A stretch of DNA of 64,000 nt from the NCBI RefSeq assembly GCF_006345805.1, contig NC_043004.1, positions 60,450,001 through 60,514,000 on the forward strand. The letters run 5' to 3'. Made by a program: the position numbers and the translations under genes. Each line of letters starts with the position of its first letter. The first letter of the stretch is position 1. Below the pieces are notes generated by a model, which made no database searches, had not been told where the DNA came from, and worked only from the letters and a program-made list of their open reading frames with translations. Source of the stretch: Octopus sinensis. Lineage: Eukaryota. Of the stretch, positions 12,708 to 25,240 are shown piece by piece.

Positions 12708-13418
12708 CTGTGTATTGTTATTTTCGAAATGCGTAACGAGTCAAGTGCATTAGCTCAGATATTGCGGTATTAAGAAACCGTAACCAGGTATAATGAGTAT
12801 TTGGGGCCGAGAAGAAGATGGCCACCTTTAAAAACTTCTATGTAGATGTAGCTTCTAGCGCTCGTGGAAGATTTTGTACAGCAGTATGAACATGTTTTCA
12901 CTGACAACAAAGTGTGTTACTTGTAATTAGGCAACGTGACTATGAACATACAATTCAAATCCTCAAGTTTCTTCGCGATGATGGATAAATTTTAGAGTTT
13001 TATCACATAGAAGATGTCAACTAAAAGACACTATACTGATCTTTCAGGGAAGAGAATCCGCCCGAGACTCACGGAACGGGAGTAGTTGTCGAATGCTTTC
13101 TATGCAGGATAACTGAAAAGAAGCAGTAAAACCAGCAGCAAGCATTGAAGCCGGTGTTCCGAATGCAAAGCAATGTGCAAATATGAAAAGGTAGGAATTG
13201 ATCACCACATTCTTATTCCATGAAGGGGCTGCTTCTCACTGACATAAGAAGCAAAGCGACTTAGAGAGATAGATATATATGTTGGCAGGACAACGACAAC
13301 AGGTTCCGATGGGAGCAGCCGGCAGCGAACCCCGTTTCACAGTGGTACGGTTCATCTAATTTTCAGAATGGAGACTGGGAGGATTCACCAGGAGTTCCAG
13401 ACTATAACATAAATAGAC

Positions 13419-13480
<62 letters not shown>

Positions 13481-13983
13481 CTATGAGGAGGAGGAGGAGG
13501 GGGGATAAATGGTTGTTGTCATTGTAGAAGTGGTTATGATGATAACGATGGTCTGTTGATTTTCTCGAGCTGAGATGGTAAAACAACGCAGTAGCTATAC
13601 TGGTAAATGGTAGCTACAGATTAATATTAAATACCGATACATAAAGGTACAAAGAGAGAGAGAGAGAGAGGGGTATCGGGAGGAGATACATACATACACA
13701 CAAGAAAAGAGTGGGCTAAGTGGATCATGTTGATCCCAATGGTCAGCTGCTGCTTGGAGACTGTTTAGCACATGGGAAAATTTGCTTCGTGGCATCTCGT
13801 CCAGCTTAACTTCCTGAGTACAAATATCATCGAAGCCTTTTTTGCATTTGCATCTTTTCAGTATCGATAAAATAAGTACGAGCTAAGTGCTGGGATCAAT
13901 GGAATCTATTCGCTTCCTCCTCTTAAATCTGTCGGCCTTGTGCCAAAATTACGGATTTTCAAGCCTTGTACATATAGTAGAGA

Positions 13984-14045
<62 letters not shown>

Positions 14046-14046
<1 letters not shown>

Positions 14047-14485
14047 TATGTTTGACTTTTGCTTTATGTCTGTACAAGTTGGCTCCAAGTCTCACCTAGA
14101 GACCTCAAGAGACAACAGGCTGGAAGTTCACGTTGTTGTTATGCCTAGTGTGCCATATATTTGGTTTTTCTTTTTTCTTTTTGGTGTTGTACTAGTGAAT
14201 GACTAATAAAAAAAATCGTTTTAAATCTTGGGATTACATAGAGAGTATTTTGCGTAGGACATGAGCAGTTCCCATGAGCACTATCTTTTGAATTTCTGCC
14301 ATTTTGGGGTTTCCTGGTATCTGAGTTAGGTAGCTATCAGCCTCTTTCGCTATCATTCCCAAGGCACCTATGACAACAGGTATTGTTTTGGTCTTCAGGT
14401 TCCACATTTTGCTGATTTCTATTTCAAGATCTTTATATTTGCTCAGTTTTTGGTAGGTCTTGACAGATACGTTTATATCGATTGG
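14046..14485 (-). mobile_element. R4/Dong-like LINE 3' end (restriction-like endonuclease C-terminus and 3' UTR)
   Basis: Minus translation KLSKYKDLEIEISKMWNLKTKTIPVVIGALGMIAKEADSYLTQIPGNPKMAEIQKIVLMGTAHVLRKILS; (TAA)n on both sides. Confidence 0.8.
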
Positions 14486-14515
14486 GACTATTATTATTAT
14501 TGTTATTATTATTAT

Positions 14516-14950
14516 TGAGTGAGAGAGCAGTGCATGCCATCAAAGTGACACTGGGGTAAAATATACGAAGCCCAATATACACATCATGACTACCCGTCTG
14601 ATAAGGGTACACCAGGCACATGCATCACAACCATATGTGCGCGACATGGTGATCTCATAAACAGATAAACAGCACATGACCTTGCAGGTGGGGCCCAGTT
14701 AGAATTTTCTTCTGGTTGAGTAGCCCATCCCGCTCAAAAGGTCCCTGAATAAGGGTTGTATAAGGATGTTGAAAGAACCTCCCATGTGAATTATTCAAAC
14801 CCCAAAGAATCCCTCTCAACACATGGCTATGATGCTCCCCCACTACTTCTGCTTGTGATCAGAGATGCACATATCGTCAGCCACTAAGGGACATGCTCAA
14901 CTGGTTAAAGCCAAACAACTGACAAGCAAATCTGTGGTATTGAGCAGAAT
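14516..14950 (-). mobile_element. Unclassified retroposon-like repeat with (AAT)n tail
   Basis: Second copy at 1-75; on the minus strand it ends ...ctctctcactcaataataataat. Confidence 0.6.
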
Positions 14951-14963
14951 ATTTGCTGTAGCC

Positions 14964-15024
<61 letters not shown>

Positions 15025-15090
15025 GTTATTTTTATTATTGTTATTATTGTTGTTGTTATTATTATTATCATTATTATTATTATTATTATT

Positions 15091-15267
15091 CAGTAGTTTT
15101 ATTTTTATAGCGTGCTTTCACTTCACTACCGAGCGCAGCTCTGTGTGCCTTGGGTATGTGCTGTGATTTGTTGTGATGCTCTGATGGTTATTGTATGGAA
15201 AGTGTTCCGCGTAGGATGTGTGCAGTGCCTAGTAGTGCAATTTTCTGTATGTTATATGAGTTTGTAA

Positions 15268-15268
<1 letters not shown>
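15091..15268 (-). mobile_element. R4/Dong-like LINE extreme 3' fragment
   Basis: Minus: TNSYNIQKIALLGTAHILRGTLSIQ* plus 3' UTR, embedded between (TAT)n tracts. Confidence 0.75.
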
Positions 15269-15334
<66 letters not shown>

Positions 15335-15339
15335 GTATT

Positions 15340-15377
<38 letters not shown>

Positions 15378-15524
15378 AACAGAGAACTAGCCTAATCCGT
15401 AACATGCCGGGCGAAATGCTTACGTTATAATTTCAAATTACCCTTTAAATGTCGATGTAAATGATCAGCCCCTTCCTTCAAAGGGTCAGACTTTGTACCT
15501 ATCCTAGAAAGGATTGTTAATAGT

Positions 15525-16130
15525 GGTAGGGCGGCGAACTCGCAGAAACGTTAGCACGCCGGGAGAAATGCTCGTATTTCCTCTGCCGCTACGTTCTGAG
15601 TTCAAATTCCGCCGAGGTCGACTTTGCCTTTCATCCCTTCGGGGTCAGTTACATAAGTACGAGTTACGCACTGGGGTCGATATAATAGACTTAATCCGTT
15701 TGTCTGTCCTTGTTTGTCCTCTCTGTGTTTAGCCCCTTGTGGGTAGTAAAGAAATAGGTATTTCGTCTGCCACTACGTTCTGAGTTCAAATTCCGCCGAT
15801 GTCGACTTTGCCTTTCATTCTTTCGGGGTCGATAAATTAAGTACCAGTTGCGTACTGGGGTCGATCTAATCGACTGTCCCACCGCGCTCTACAAAAATTG
15901 CGAGCATTGTGCCTAAAGTAGAAAAGAATCGTTAGTGCGCCGAACAAAATGCTTAGCAGTGTTTCGCCCGTCTTTACATTCTGAGTCGAAAATCCGAGAT
16001 GGTCGACTTTTCCTTTGTATCGTTTCAATTCAATAAAATAAGTACAACGCTGAACACCGGAATCGATAAATTCAAATGAGCACCTCCTCTTAATTTGCTG
16101 GCCTTGTGCCAAAATTTGAAATCAATATCA
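15525..16130 (+). mobile_element. SINE family A tandem cluster (about 3 partial copies)
   Basis: gggcggcgaactcgcagaaacgttagcacgccggg head; ttctgagt..gtcgacttt repeated at about 15595, 15779 and 15980; tail ggccttgtgccaaaatttgaaa. Confidence 0.85.
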
Positions 16131-16589
16131 TTAATGGTAGCGGCAATTCTAGTCTCAATGGTATGGTGGTAGATGGAGGCTAGCACTGGTGTTTGAGGTT
16201 GTTGAAACCGATAATCTTAGGTGACGTTGGTAGTGTTTATTTTTGTGATGGTGTTCATGGTGGCTGTAGTGGAATGATATCGCACCAAATCTATTGCATA
16301 TAAGAAACTCATCAAAAGTGATGTCCACCCTATCGACAATATTTGCTGTAATCGATAGTCAGTGGAATGTGATTATAGCGGGTCAAAATAAATATATAGA
16401 TTATCATTATCTGTAATATTCGTTTATAATATCATATTTATTGACATTTCTGCACATATATACATATGTATGTATGCATATGCTTATACAAACGTATATA
16501 TTTATATCTATATTATTCTACATATACTTCTGAATGTATACATATAGCTAGATAGAAATAAACACACACACACACGCACACACACACAT

Positions 16590-16728
16590 ATTTGTATCTA
16601 TATACACACATATATATAATATATATATATATATGCATATATATATATATTATACATATATATATACATACACACACACACACATATTTATATATATCAA
16701 CACATATATACGTTTATATATATATTAT

Positions 16729-16774
<46 letters not shown>

Positions 16775-16786
16775 TACATATACCTA

Positions 16787-16831
<45 letters not shown>

Positions 16832-17260
16832 TATATACATACACACACACACACACACACGCACACACACACATATTTATATATATCAACACATATATAC
16901 GTTTATATATATATATATACATATATATATACATACACACACACACACATATTTATATATATCAACACATATATACGTTTATATATATATATATATATAT
17001 GCATATATATATATATACATATATACATATACCTATATATATTATATATATATATATAATATATATATACATATATACATATACCTATATATATTATATA
17101 TATATATATATGCATATATATATATATTATATATGCATATATATATATATTATATATGCATATATATATATATTATATATATATATATATTATATATATA
17201 TATATATGCATATATATATATATATGCATATATATATATATACATATATATATACACGCA
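16590..17260. repeat. Compound (TA)n/(CA)n tract with higher-order repeats
   Basis: acatatttatatatatcaacacatatatacgtttat recurs at about 16683, 16871 and 16947. Confidence 0.9.
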
Positions 17261-17679
17261 CACGTACACAGACGCCACACACATTTATACATGTACACGT
17301 TTGAGTATAGGTGTGAAGAGAAGGAACGGAGAATATTGAAACATCCATAATCGTTACAGATATCAATAAACACACGTGGTTCTAGCCGTATGATGTCTAT
17401 AGATTGCGAAAAATCTCGATGTGGAAAAAGTTATCTCACTTTAACCGATTATATTGATAATATACATTCCCAATCATTAAATCCTATCCATTAAACCGTA
17501 ATTCGATTTACATCTAGAAATGTATGCATCTTTTCTGTCTTTGTATGCTCTTCTTCTTCATTCTGTCAATTACTCACTTCGATTCTTTCTCTCCACCCTC
17601 TCTCTTTCTGAATATAATCATATGTGCGGGCGTGTATGTGTGTGTGCGCGTGTGTGCGTGTATGTCGGTGTCTATAAGC

Positions 17680-18385
17680 CTCCAAACGACTTCGGAATCT
17701 CCCGCAACTTTTCTGAACGCTCTCTTTGTTTAAGTTGGTGAATGCTGCCATAACCCTTGCTGTCAGTTGATCGTTGTTGTTACAAGGAGTTTTGTTGCTT
17801 CTCGCTGAACTGCGCCCCACACCTAATAATCAAAGGGATTGCATTCTAGGAAGTTAGGTAACCAGATATTAGGAGTGATGTGGTTGCAGAACTTATCTGA
17901 CAGCCATGAGTGTGTCCTCCTGCGTGTGTGGCATGAAACAGAGCCCTGTTGCCAAACGTAGGGTCTACCAGTATCAACGGCCTTGACCCAGGGCAGCACT
18001 ACCTCCTCCAGGAACTTGATGTAGGCCTCCGAGTTGAGTCTGAGGCCATGTGGGAAGAGGAATGAAGGTCTAACGTCGCCATCACTAGTGATCACTCTAA
18101 GCATCATGATGTTGACTGGATGTTTGATTTTTTTATCGTTATAGGTACATATTTTGGGGAAACGGCAAGCTTTCACGATTGACACTCAAACACTTTATAA
18201 TGTTCGTATTGGAGCTGCCGGCACGAATGCCAAGCAGTACAGCATGTCGTTTCTAAATTTGTGGCAGAGTGAATTGCCACATGGTGTTTTTCTCACAGGC
18301 CCTCCTATTTTGTGTAGTTGACGAATTCAAAAGCAAAAATGCGCATGCGCGAAATTAAAAATATAAAATAGCGACAATTTTCTCA
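17680..18385 (-). mobile_element. Tc1/mariner DD37D (maT)-type element, internally deleted
   Basis: KHPVNIMM..SDGDV..GLRLNSEAYI..LPW..RPYVWQQ(D>G)..CHT..WLSD..WLPN..CNPFDY..WG; 37 residues between the second and third catalytic positions; N-terminal KRHAVLLGIRAG fused directly upstream. Confidence 0.85.
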
Positions 18386-18437
18386 ATAGATGATGAGAAA
18401 ATTGTCGCTATTTTATATTTTTAATTTCGCGCATGCG
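18342..18437. repeat. Perfect 44-bp inverted repeat with 8-nt loop
   Basis: cgcatgcgcgaaattaaaaatataaaatagcgacaattttctca-atagatga-(exact reverse complement). Confidence 0.95.
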
Positions 18438-19056
18438 AGATTATATATACACGTAAATATATGTATTTACGTGTATACAAGATCACAAGTGTGGCGGAAT
18501 ATGCCTTCACAAGCACTTAATGTCCTGTCACATTTCACATATTCTCTAGAGACAGCAAAAATTACGTTTAACGGGAACACATCAGATCCCACAAACTGCT
18601 GCAAAATTCATTTCCGCAATTTCTACAGCGTCAGCCATCACGTAAAAATCTTATCAGCATGTTTAGGCTGACGGTTATGTCAGATGATTCGACCAACATA
18701 TATCTATTGCTATCATTGCACCACTACGGCAACTGCAAGTCTAGACTATCAGTTTGTTATAATTTATAACTCCACAATAAAATTCTCGTAAAAAGCAAGA
18801 TATACGTATAAATGCATATGTGCGTGAGATTATTAGTGTGTATATATTTGTAGGTGGGAATAAATGTGTGGGTGTGTTTGTATGTGTGTGGCTGTGTGTG
18901 TTTGTATGTGTGTGTGTGAGTGTGTATAGACAGTGATAGAAAGAGAGTGAAAGTGATGCAGATAAAATGAAATATGTATATCTTTATATTTCTGCTTATC
19001 TGCATATCTACCACACTCACTACATACATACCTAAATAGGGATGTCTGTGTGTGTA

Positions 19057-19090
<34 letters not shown>

Positions 19091-19481
19091 CGTATTAACT
19101 TACACGATAAATATACTGAATATTGAGGCGACATTACGTAATAAGCATAATGATCAGTATTTCCGGATCGTTAACGTTCGCAAGAACCAATATATTCTTC
19201 TCATTTTTTCCCCATTCCCCCTTCAATCTTGCACTACTGTATGAACTGGGTTTTCCAATTTTCACCTGATGAAGGAAACCAGTTTTATATTAATAACGCT
19301 CTGTAATTACTTAATGGCTGCATAACCAATACATTTTGTACATCCCATCTGCAAATTACGAACATTACGATTATTATGTAATTTGGAATTTCCGGAAAAC
19401 AGCTGTCGAGTTAAGAAATGTTGTATTCTCTTCTAAGATATCTATAATTTTTATGCTTTATGTAATTGCATTTATATATAT

Positions 19482-19532
<51 letters not shown>

Positions 19533-19609
19533 CTTTCAAATGGCGGTTGCCCCAGCATGGCCACAGCTCGTGAGCTGAAACTAGATAAAATTAAAAAAAT
19601 ATATGTATA

Positions 19610-19830
19610 TAAGTTCAGCAAAATTTAGATTCAAATGAATATGGTACTTAAGTTAGATGGACCAGCATTTTGTAAGGTGTTATCCATATAAATCCATGGG
19701 GTGATTATAATCAAAATAAGCAACATGAATAACTTCGGCAATTTGGTACGATCGTTTCACGCTACATCATTTTATTAAATGTTGTAAGTATTACAACAAT
19801 TTTAAAATGTTGGGCAATCATCAGTCATTA
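19610..19830 (-). mobile_element. Repeat family H, degenerate HHR copy
   Basis: Minus: CTGATGA...GAAACGATCGTA retained, but stems I and II are mismatched. Confidence 0.6.
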
Positions 19831-21250
19831 ATAGATGTTTTCCATTAATACATAATTTTTATATCAATTGATAACATTATAGAGAAGGCAGATATATAGA
19901 CAGATATGTCGATTTAAATTTTAAGAACATTAAGGTAGTAGAGTTTATCAACTGACTTAAGAATATTCAGAACATTCAGTTGTTTTGAACTGCTAGAAGG
20001 TTTGAGAAGAATGATCAATTGAAAGGAGAAAAGAAAGATTTTCTATTTATAGAAATAGGGGTGAAATAGATGTCAAAGTTCTATATAAAGAAATTGAGAT
20101 AGAGAGAGAGGGTTGTAATCCTACAGAGGCCGTTTACTACTATTTGGCAAACAGATTTTGTATTAGGAAAACTAGGTCAATGTCAAATAGTCAAAGTGAC
20201 CACTTATAGAGAATACAGAGATTCTTTTATATTTATATACATCAATATACTTTATATTTAGCTGGTAGGTTTTGAATATTTTGTTACGATGGATTAAAGG
20301 AGAAATTATAAATCTAATATTTATTCATTTTGGAGTAAAATCTATCACTTATTATGAGTGGGCATAATGCACATTAACTGAGGACAAAAGTCTTATTAAT
20401 CAGGTGACTGTATTAGGGGTCAAAAATATATAATAGGAAAACTGGAAGAGGTGTAATCAAGAAGAAAGGTTTTCATAGGTTTAGTAAAAGGTGATTTATT
20501 TTTATGAAGAGAAGTAATTAAGAAGAGTAAATTACTTAGATTTCGTAGATAGTGAATTGTTATTAATGAATTAAAATATAGAATGTTAGACATAATATTT
20601 ACTACCCGCGGAGAAAGGCTAATTAGTTAGGTAAAAATATCCTAGGTTAATGATATATTAAGAAATGGAAGTGAGGTAATGAAGGTGAACTGAGTAGTTT
20701 CTTTAGGGACATAGATTTTATACTATTTAGTATAGGAGAATAACAAAAAAAAAAGAAAGTAGGGAGAATTTCATTCCAAGTTTGCAACGAAGATTTTTAG
20801 TAATCTATACTAATCTTACATAGTATAATCATATATAGTAATCATACATAGATTACTAAAAATGTCTGAGGTATAAGTGTGAGTTGGTATATGTGTAGTC
20901 GATGGAGGTGTTGAGAGTGGAGCGATGAATGCTGACCGAAAAGTCGGGAAAGGCGACTGATGTGTCGAAATAGTGCAGGAGAAGCGAAGTGAAGAGGATA
21001 TATATATATCGAAACGTAGAGTAGATGAAACCATGGCGACTGAAGAAGGGGTTTTTTCCTTGTGTCATTTGTCATGTACACTATTTTTTGTTGTTTAAAA
21101 AAATGTCCAGTTCCTTGGGTTTGTGTCTATGTTTTCGTTTCTCATTGTGTTCGACGTCTTTTTGGTGTCTGTACTCATATATGCGTGTATATGTACATGT
21201 AAAGGTAGGTACGTACATATATGTTTATATATATGCATATGTGTTATTTA

Positions 21251-21289
<39 letters not shown>

Positions 21290-21330
21290 TATATATATAT
21301 ATATATATATATTATATATTATATATGTAG

Positions 21331-21575
21331 GTCCCGGGTTGAGTCGGGGTTAACCACAGTAAATAAGGTACTCAATAAATAGCAGAGTAAAGTAATTTAT
21401 TTTATAGAAGGAGCTTCTACAGGACTAGAACTGTTTCATTCCGATGAAATCTTCAGGAAGCTGGCTGTCAAAATAAGTTCTGGTATATGTACATTCAGGC
21501 AGATTTAATGGGGTGGTGGGGGGGACGTTTTTGGGTAGGTTGGTATTTAAGAGATAAACAGGGCACAAGCTATTG
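21331..21575 (-). mobile_element. HHR-bearing repeat family F
   Basis: Reverse complement of about 23300-23455. Confidence 0.75.
21412..21462 (-). ncRNA. Type-I hammerhead ribozyme (U.U at 10.1/11.1)
   Basis: Minus: agcttc CTGAAGA t-ttc-atcg-gaa-t GAAACAG ttctagtc CTGTA gaagct; 6-bp stem I, 4-bp stem III, GUA site. Confidence 0.7.
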
Positions 21576-21654
21576 TTCTTAGGATGCGTGTATACGTGTG
21601 TATGTGTATATATGTGCATATGTATGTATGCGCGTGTATATGTAGATCTATATA

Positions 21655-22036
21655 TCTCTCTCTATATAAACGGCAGTTTGTCTGTGCGTGGTTCTGTGTG
21701 TCTGTTTGCTTGTACCCTCACTCTGACCACGGCTTTCAACCGATTCTGATGAAACTTGACACACATAGCCAAATCATAATTCAAAACTAACGCAGCGAAA
21801 ATTTTGAAAAGTTCCCCCAGTTCTGAAAAAAATCGATAAATTCGACATGGGTCGAGAATCAAAAAAAAACAAACCACAGACTGTCTAGGGGACGCAACTC
21901 AGCCTTTTTTACTCTCAAAAAAAAATTTACCATCATTTTTCTTCCATTTTTTTGCTATTTTTTGGCTATAACTCTCTAAAAATGCTTTATAGTTATTTCC
22001 CTTACAAACCTGAGCAACGCCGGGCGATACTGCTAG
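21655..22036 (+). mobile_element. Non-autonomous Helitron-like element
   Basis: A|TC..tctatataaac 5' end; 3' cctgagcaacgccggg hairpin followed by ctgCTAG|T, i.e. inserted between A and T. Confidence 0.7.
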
Positions 22037-22148
22037 TATATATATATATGTATATATGCATATGTTTGTATGTGTGTGTATGTACTTATGTAGGTATGTG
22101 TGTACATGAGTATATATTTATATGTATGTATTTACATATGTATATGTT

Positions 22149-22196
<48 letters not shown>

Positions 22197-22445
22197 CATG
22201 TGTGTGTATTTATATATGTGTGTATGTATGTATGTATATGTGTATATGTATATATGTATATGCATGTATGTATTTATGTATATGTTTATATGAACGTGGG
22301 TATATTTCTGTATGTATGCATATGTGTATTTGTATGTGTGTATATATATATATATATATATGTATGTGCGTGTGTATTCGTGTATGTAGGTGTATGTATG
22401 CATATGTATATGTATGTGTATATATATGTATATATATGTATATGT

Positions 22446-22920
22446 ATATTTAGTGAAGGGAAGAAATGGAGCCGAACGAAGATTCTACAAAATTCATTTT
22501 AATTATTTTCTACATATGTTTCAAAGGCTGCAAATTCCCAAATTCGGATTGAATAAGGAGACCATGGGCTCCTAGGGAGCGTTTTGTTCGAAAAGCTTCC
22601 TGCGCATTTGTTTTGGGATTTTAAATTCCTGGATTTTCCTGAAGAGAAAGCTGCAGAATGGTCTCCTTATTCAATCCGAATTTGGGAATTTGCAGCCTTT
22701 GAAACATGTGTAGAAAATAATTAAAAGGAATTTTGTAGAATCTTCGTTAGGCTCCATTTCTTCCCTTCACTAAATATATACCCGCGCTAAAGCACGGGGG
22801 CGAAACCCCATGGTCGTAACCTCAACCGTGTTTTTTCAGGTTGGATTTTTGCTACACAGGTATCGGTTAAATTTTGAATAATCCGTAAGAAGATAATTCA
22901 TTTATCCATTTCATTAAATA
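22446..22920 (+). mobile_element. Repeat family G with about 115-bp inverted arm
   Basis: About 22446-22564 is the reverse complement of about 22660-22778; the remainder is colinear with 11606-11990. Confidence 0.8.
22633..22718 (+). ncRNA. Type-I hammerhead ribozyme with long stem II
   Basis: attttc CTGAAGA gaaagctgcaga..tttgcagccttt GAAAC ATGT GTA gaaaat; perfect 6-bp stem I. Confidence 0.78.
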
Positions 22921-23099
22921 TATATATATATATATGTGTGTGTATGTATATTTGTATATATGTATGTATGTGTTTGTATGTATATATATGTGCGTATGTA
23001 TGTATATATATGTATATTCGCATGTGTATGTATGTGTGTTTGTATGTATATTTATTTTATATGTTTTTTCATGTATATTTATCTATTTATTCCCTCAAC

Positions 23100-23455
23100 T
23101 TAACAATAACAAACTGCCTACCTCCTCTTGACCACCAAAAAGCAATTGTCTTCTAAAATAACCCCATCCCAGATATCTGTTTCTATTCAATTATTCTATT
23201 TATTCATTTATTTATTTTCTCACTGATTCTTCTCACTGATTCTTCTCATGACCTTTTGACCACTCCCCTAAGAACAATAGCTTGTGCCCCGTTTATCTCC
23301 TAAATACCAACCTACCCCAAAACGTCCCCCACTACCACCCCATTAAATCTGCCTAAATGTATATATACCAGAACTTATTTTGACAGCCAGCTTCCTGAAG
23401 ATTTCATCGGAATGAAACAGTTCTAGTCCTGTAGAAGCCCCTTCTATAAAATAAA
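23100..23455 (+). mobile_element. HHR-bearing repeat family F
   Basis: About 23300-23455 is homologous (inverted) to 21400-21575; upstream boundary approximate. Confidence 0.65.
23390..23438 (+). ncRNA. Type-I hammerhead ribozyme (U.U at 10.1/11.1)
   Basis: gcttc CTGAAGA tttcatcggaat GAAACAG ttctagtc CTGTA gaagc. Confidence 0.7.
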
Positions 23456-23473
23456 TATACATATATATATATA

Positions 23474-23514
<41 letters not shown>

Positions 23515-23737
23515 ATATATGTATTTATAAACATATATATGTGTGAGTGTGTGTGTGAGGTAAGATTTCCACTTCTCAGCCACAGAGTTCTAAACCATAT
23601 TACTCCGTGTTCGGTACAACCATATGGTACTATACGCATACGTCTTCTATAGACTATGGATAATGAATGACTTGTGAGTGGATTTTGTAGGCAGAAACTG
23701 AAAGAAACCTGTCTCTGGTTTGTATGTATATATATAT

Positions 23738-23947
23738 ATATACCTCCGAGACATCCGCCTCGGCAATGACACCCCGGTCTCATGCCATTTCCGCTCCACA
23801 GGTCACTCCTTGCAACACCTCCCTGTGTTCGGATTGTCCTTGCACAGAGGCCATCCGGACTGCCGTTTGCGCCGTGAACAGGGATTACTCTTCTCTCTTC
23901 GCTCTTTTACGCCATTTGGTCTCAGCTCTCCTCCCCTCTTCATCTAA
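23738..23947 (+). pseudogene. Penelope-like element ORF C-terminus (end of GIY-YIG endonuclease)
   Basis: LRDIRLGNDTPVSCHFRSTGHSLQHLPVFGL...RLRREQGLLFSLRSFTPFGLS fits the PLE pattern DTPVAxHFxxxGHS...E..I..L.T..P.GLN; followed by a CT/CA-rich 3' region to about 24760. Confidence 0.75.
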
Positions 23948-24898
23948 TCTCCCCCCCCCCGACTCATACTTCTCCTCACTTCTACAACTTTTCACCTCTA
24001 CTCTCTTTCCCTCTTCTCCCTTACACTGTTTCTCTCTTCTCTCTTTCTTTCTGCTCCCTCACTCTTCTTCTCTCCTCCCCTCCCTTCTCCTTCTTCTCAC
24101 CCAACTCTCCTCTTTTGCCCGACTCTTACTTCTCTTCATCCCTATTCTCTTTCCCTCTTCTCCCTTACTCTCTTTCTCTCTTACTCTCTTTCTCTCTCTT
24201 CTCTCTTTCTCTCTCGTCTCTTACTTTCTTTCCCTCTTCTCTCCTCCTCTCTCTCCTCGCTCACCCACCTTCCCCCCATAAGCCCACCCACCCCTACACA
24301 TCCCCACTCCACCTTCTCTATCTTTCCCATCCCCTATGCTATCCCACTCACCCTCCCCTACATATCCCGCCTCTACCCCCACCCTCAGCGTACCCACAAA
24401 CCCCAAATCTATCCCAACCCTCAGCCGAACTCACACTCCACCTGTGCTTTCCCTACTCCCGCCTCCCCCACCTTCCAACAACATCACACCACACCATACT
24501 ACACAATACAACATTACACATCACATCACGACACACCGCCCACACAACCACCCACACACCCATCCCCACATTTTCACACCTACACATACATACCCGCAAA
24601 CGTCCAGACCACCAGCCTTCTTTCACACGCACATACATACACTCTTATACACACACGCACCTTCGTGTTGGGGGTTCCTCTTCACTTTGTTACCTCCCCT
24701 ATTTTCCTTCTCCGGTGTGACCCTTCTGTCCGAGTCAGACGCCATGATAGATCGTTAGCCACTACACACATATTGTCTTTCCTTCTTTTCTGTGTAGGCT
24801 CCAAACGTAAAAGACTTCTATTCCTCAGCGTTATACTAATACATCTTTTGTTTTGTACACCACCTGTCTTCGTCTTTTGTTGTTTTTTCGTAAACTCC

Positions 24899-24951
<53 letters not shown>

Positions 24952-24974
24952 TGAGTATATATATATGTATTCCG

Positions 24975-25197
24975 TTACTACCCACAAGGGGCTAAACACA
25001 GAGGGGACAAACAAGGACAGACAAAGGGATTAAGTCTATTATATTGACCCCAGTGCGTAACTGGTACTTAATTTATCGGAGCCGAAAGGATGAAAGGCAA
25101 AGTCGACCTCGGCGGAATTAGAACTCAGAACGTAACGACAGACGAAATACGGCTACGTATTTCGCCCGGCGTCCTAACGTTTCTGCTAGCTCGCCGC

Positions 25198-25200
<3 letters not shown>
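24975..25200 (-). mobile_element. SINE family A
   Basis: Minus head aaggcggcgagctagcagaaacgttaggacgccgggcgaaatacg. Confidence 0.85.

Positions 25201-25240
<40 letters not shown>

Noticed and set aside
19745-19830. Active HHR in the third family H copy
   Set aside because: Core boxes intact, but stems I and II are largely mismatched
20000-20800. Penelope RT remnant next to the 19.7-kb repeat
   Set aside because: Only vague similarity with many stops; cannot be supported by eye
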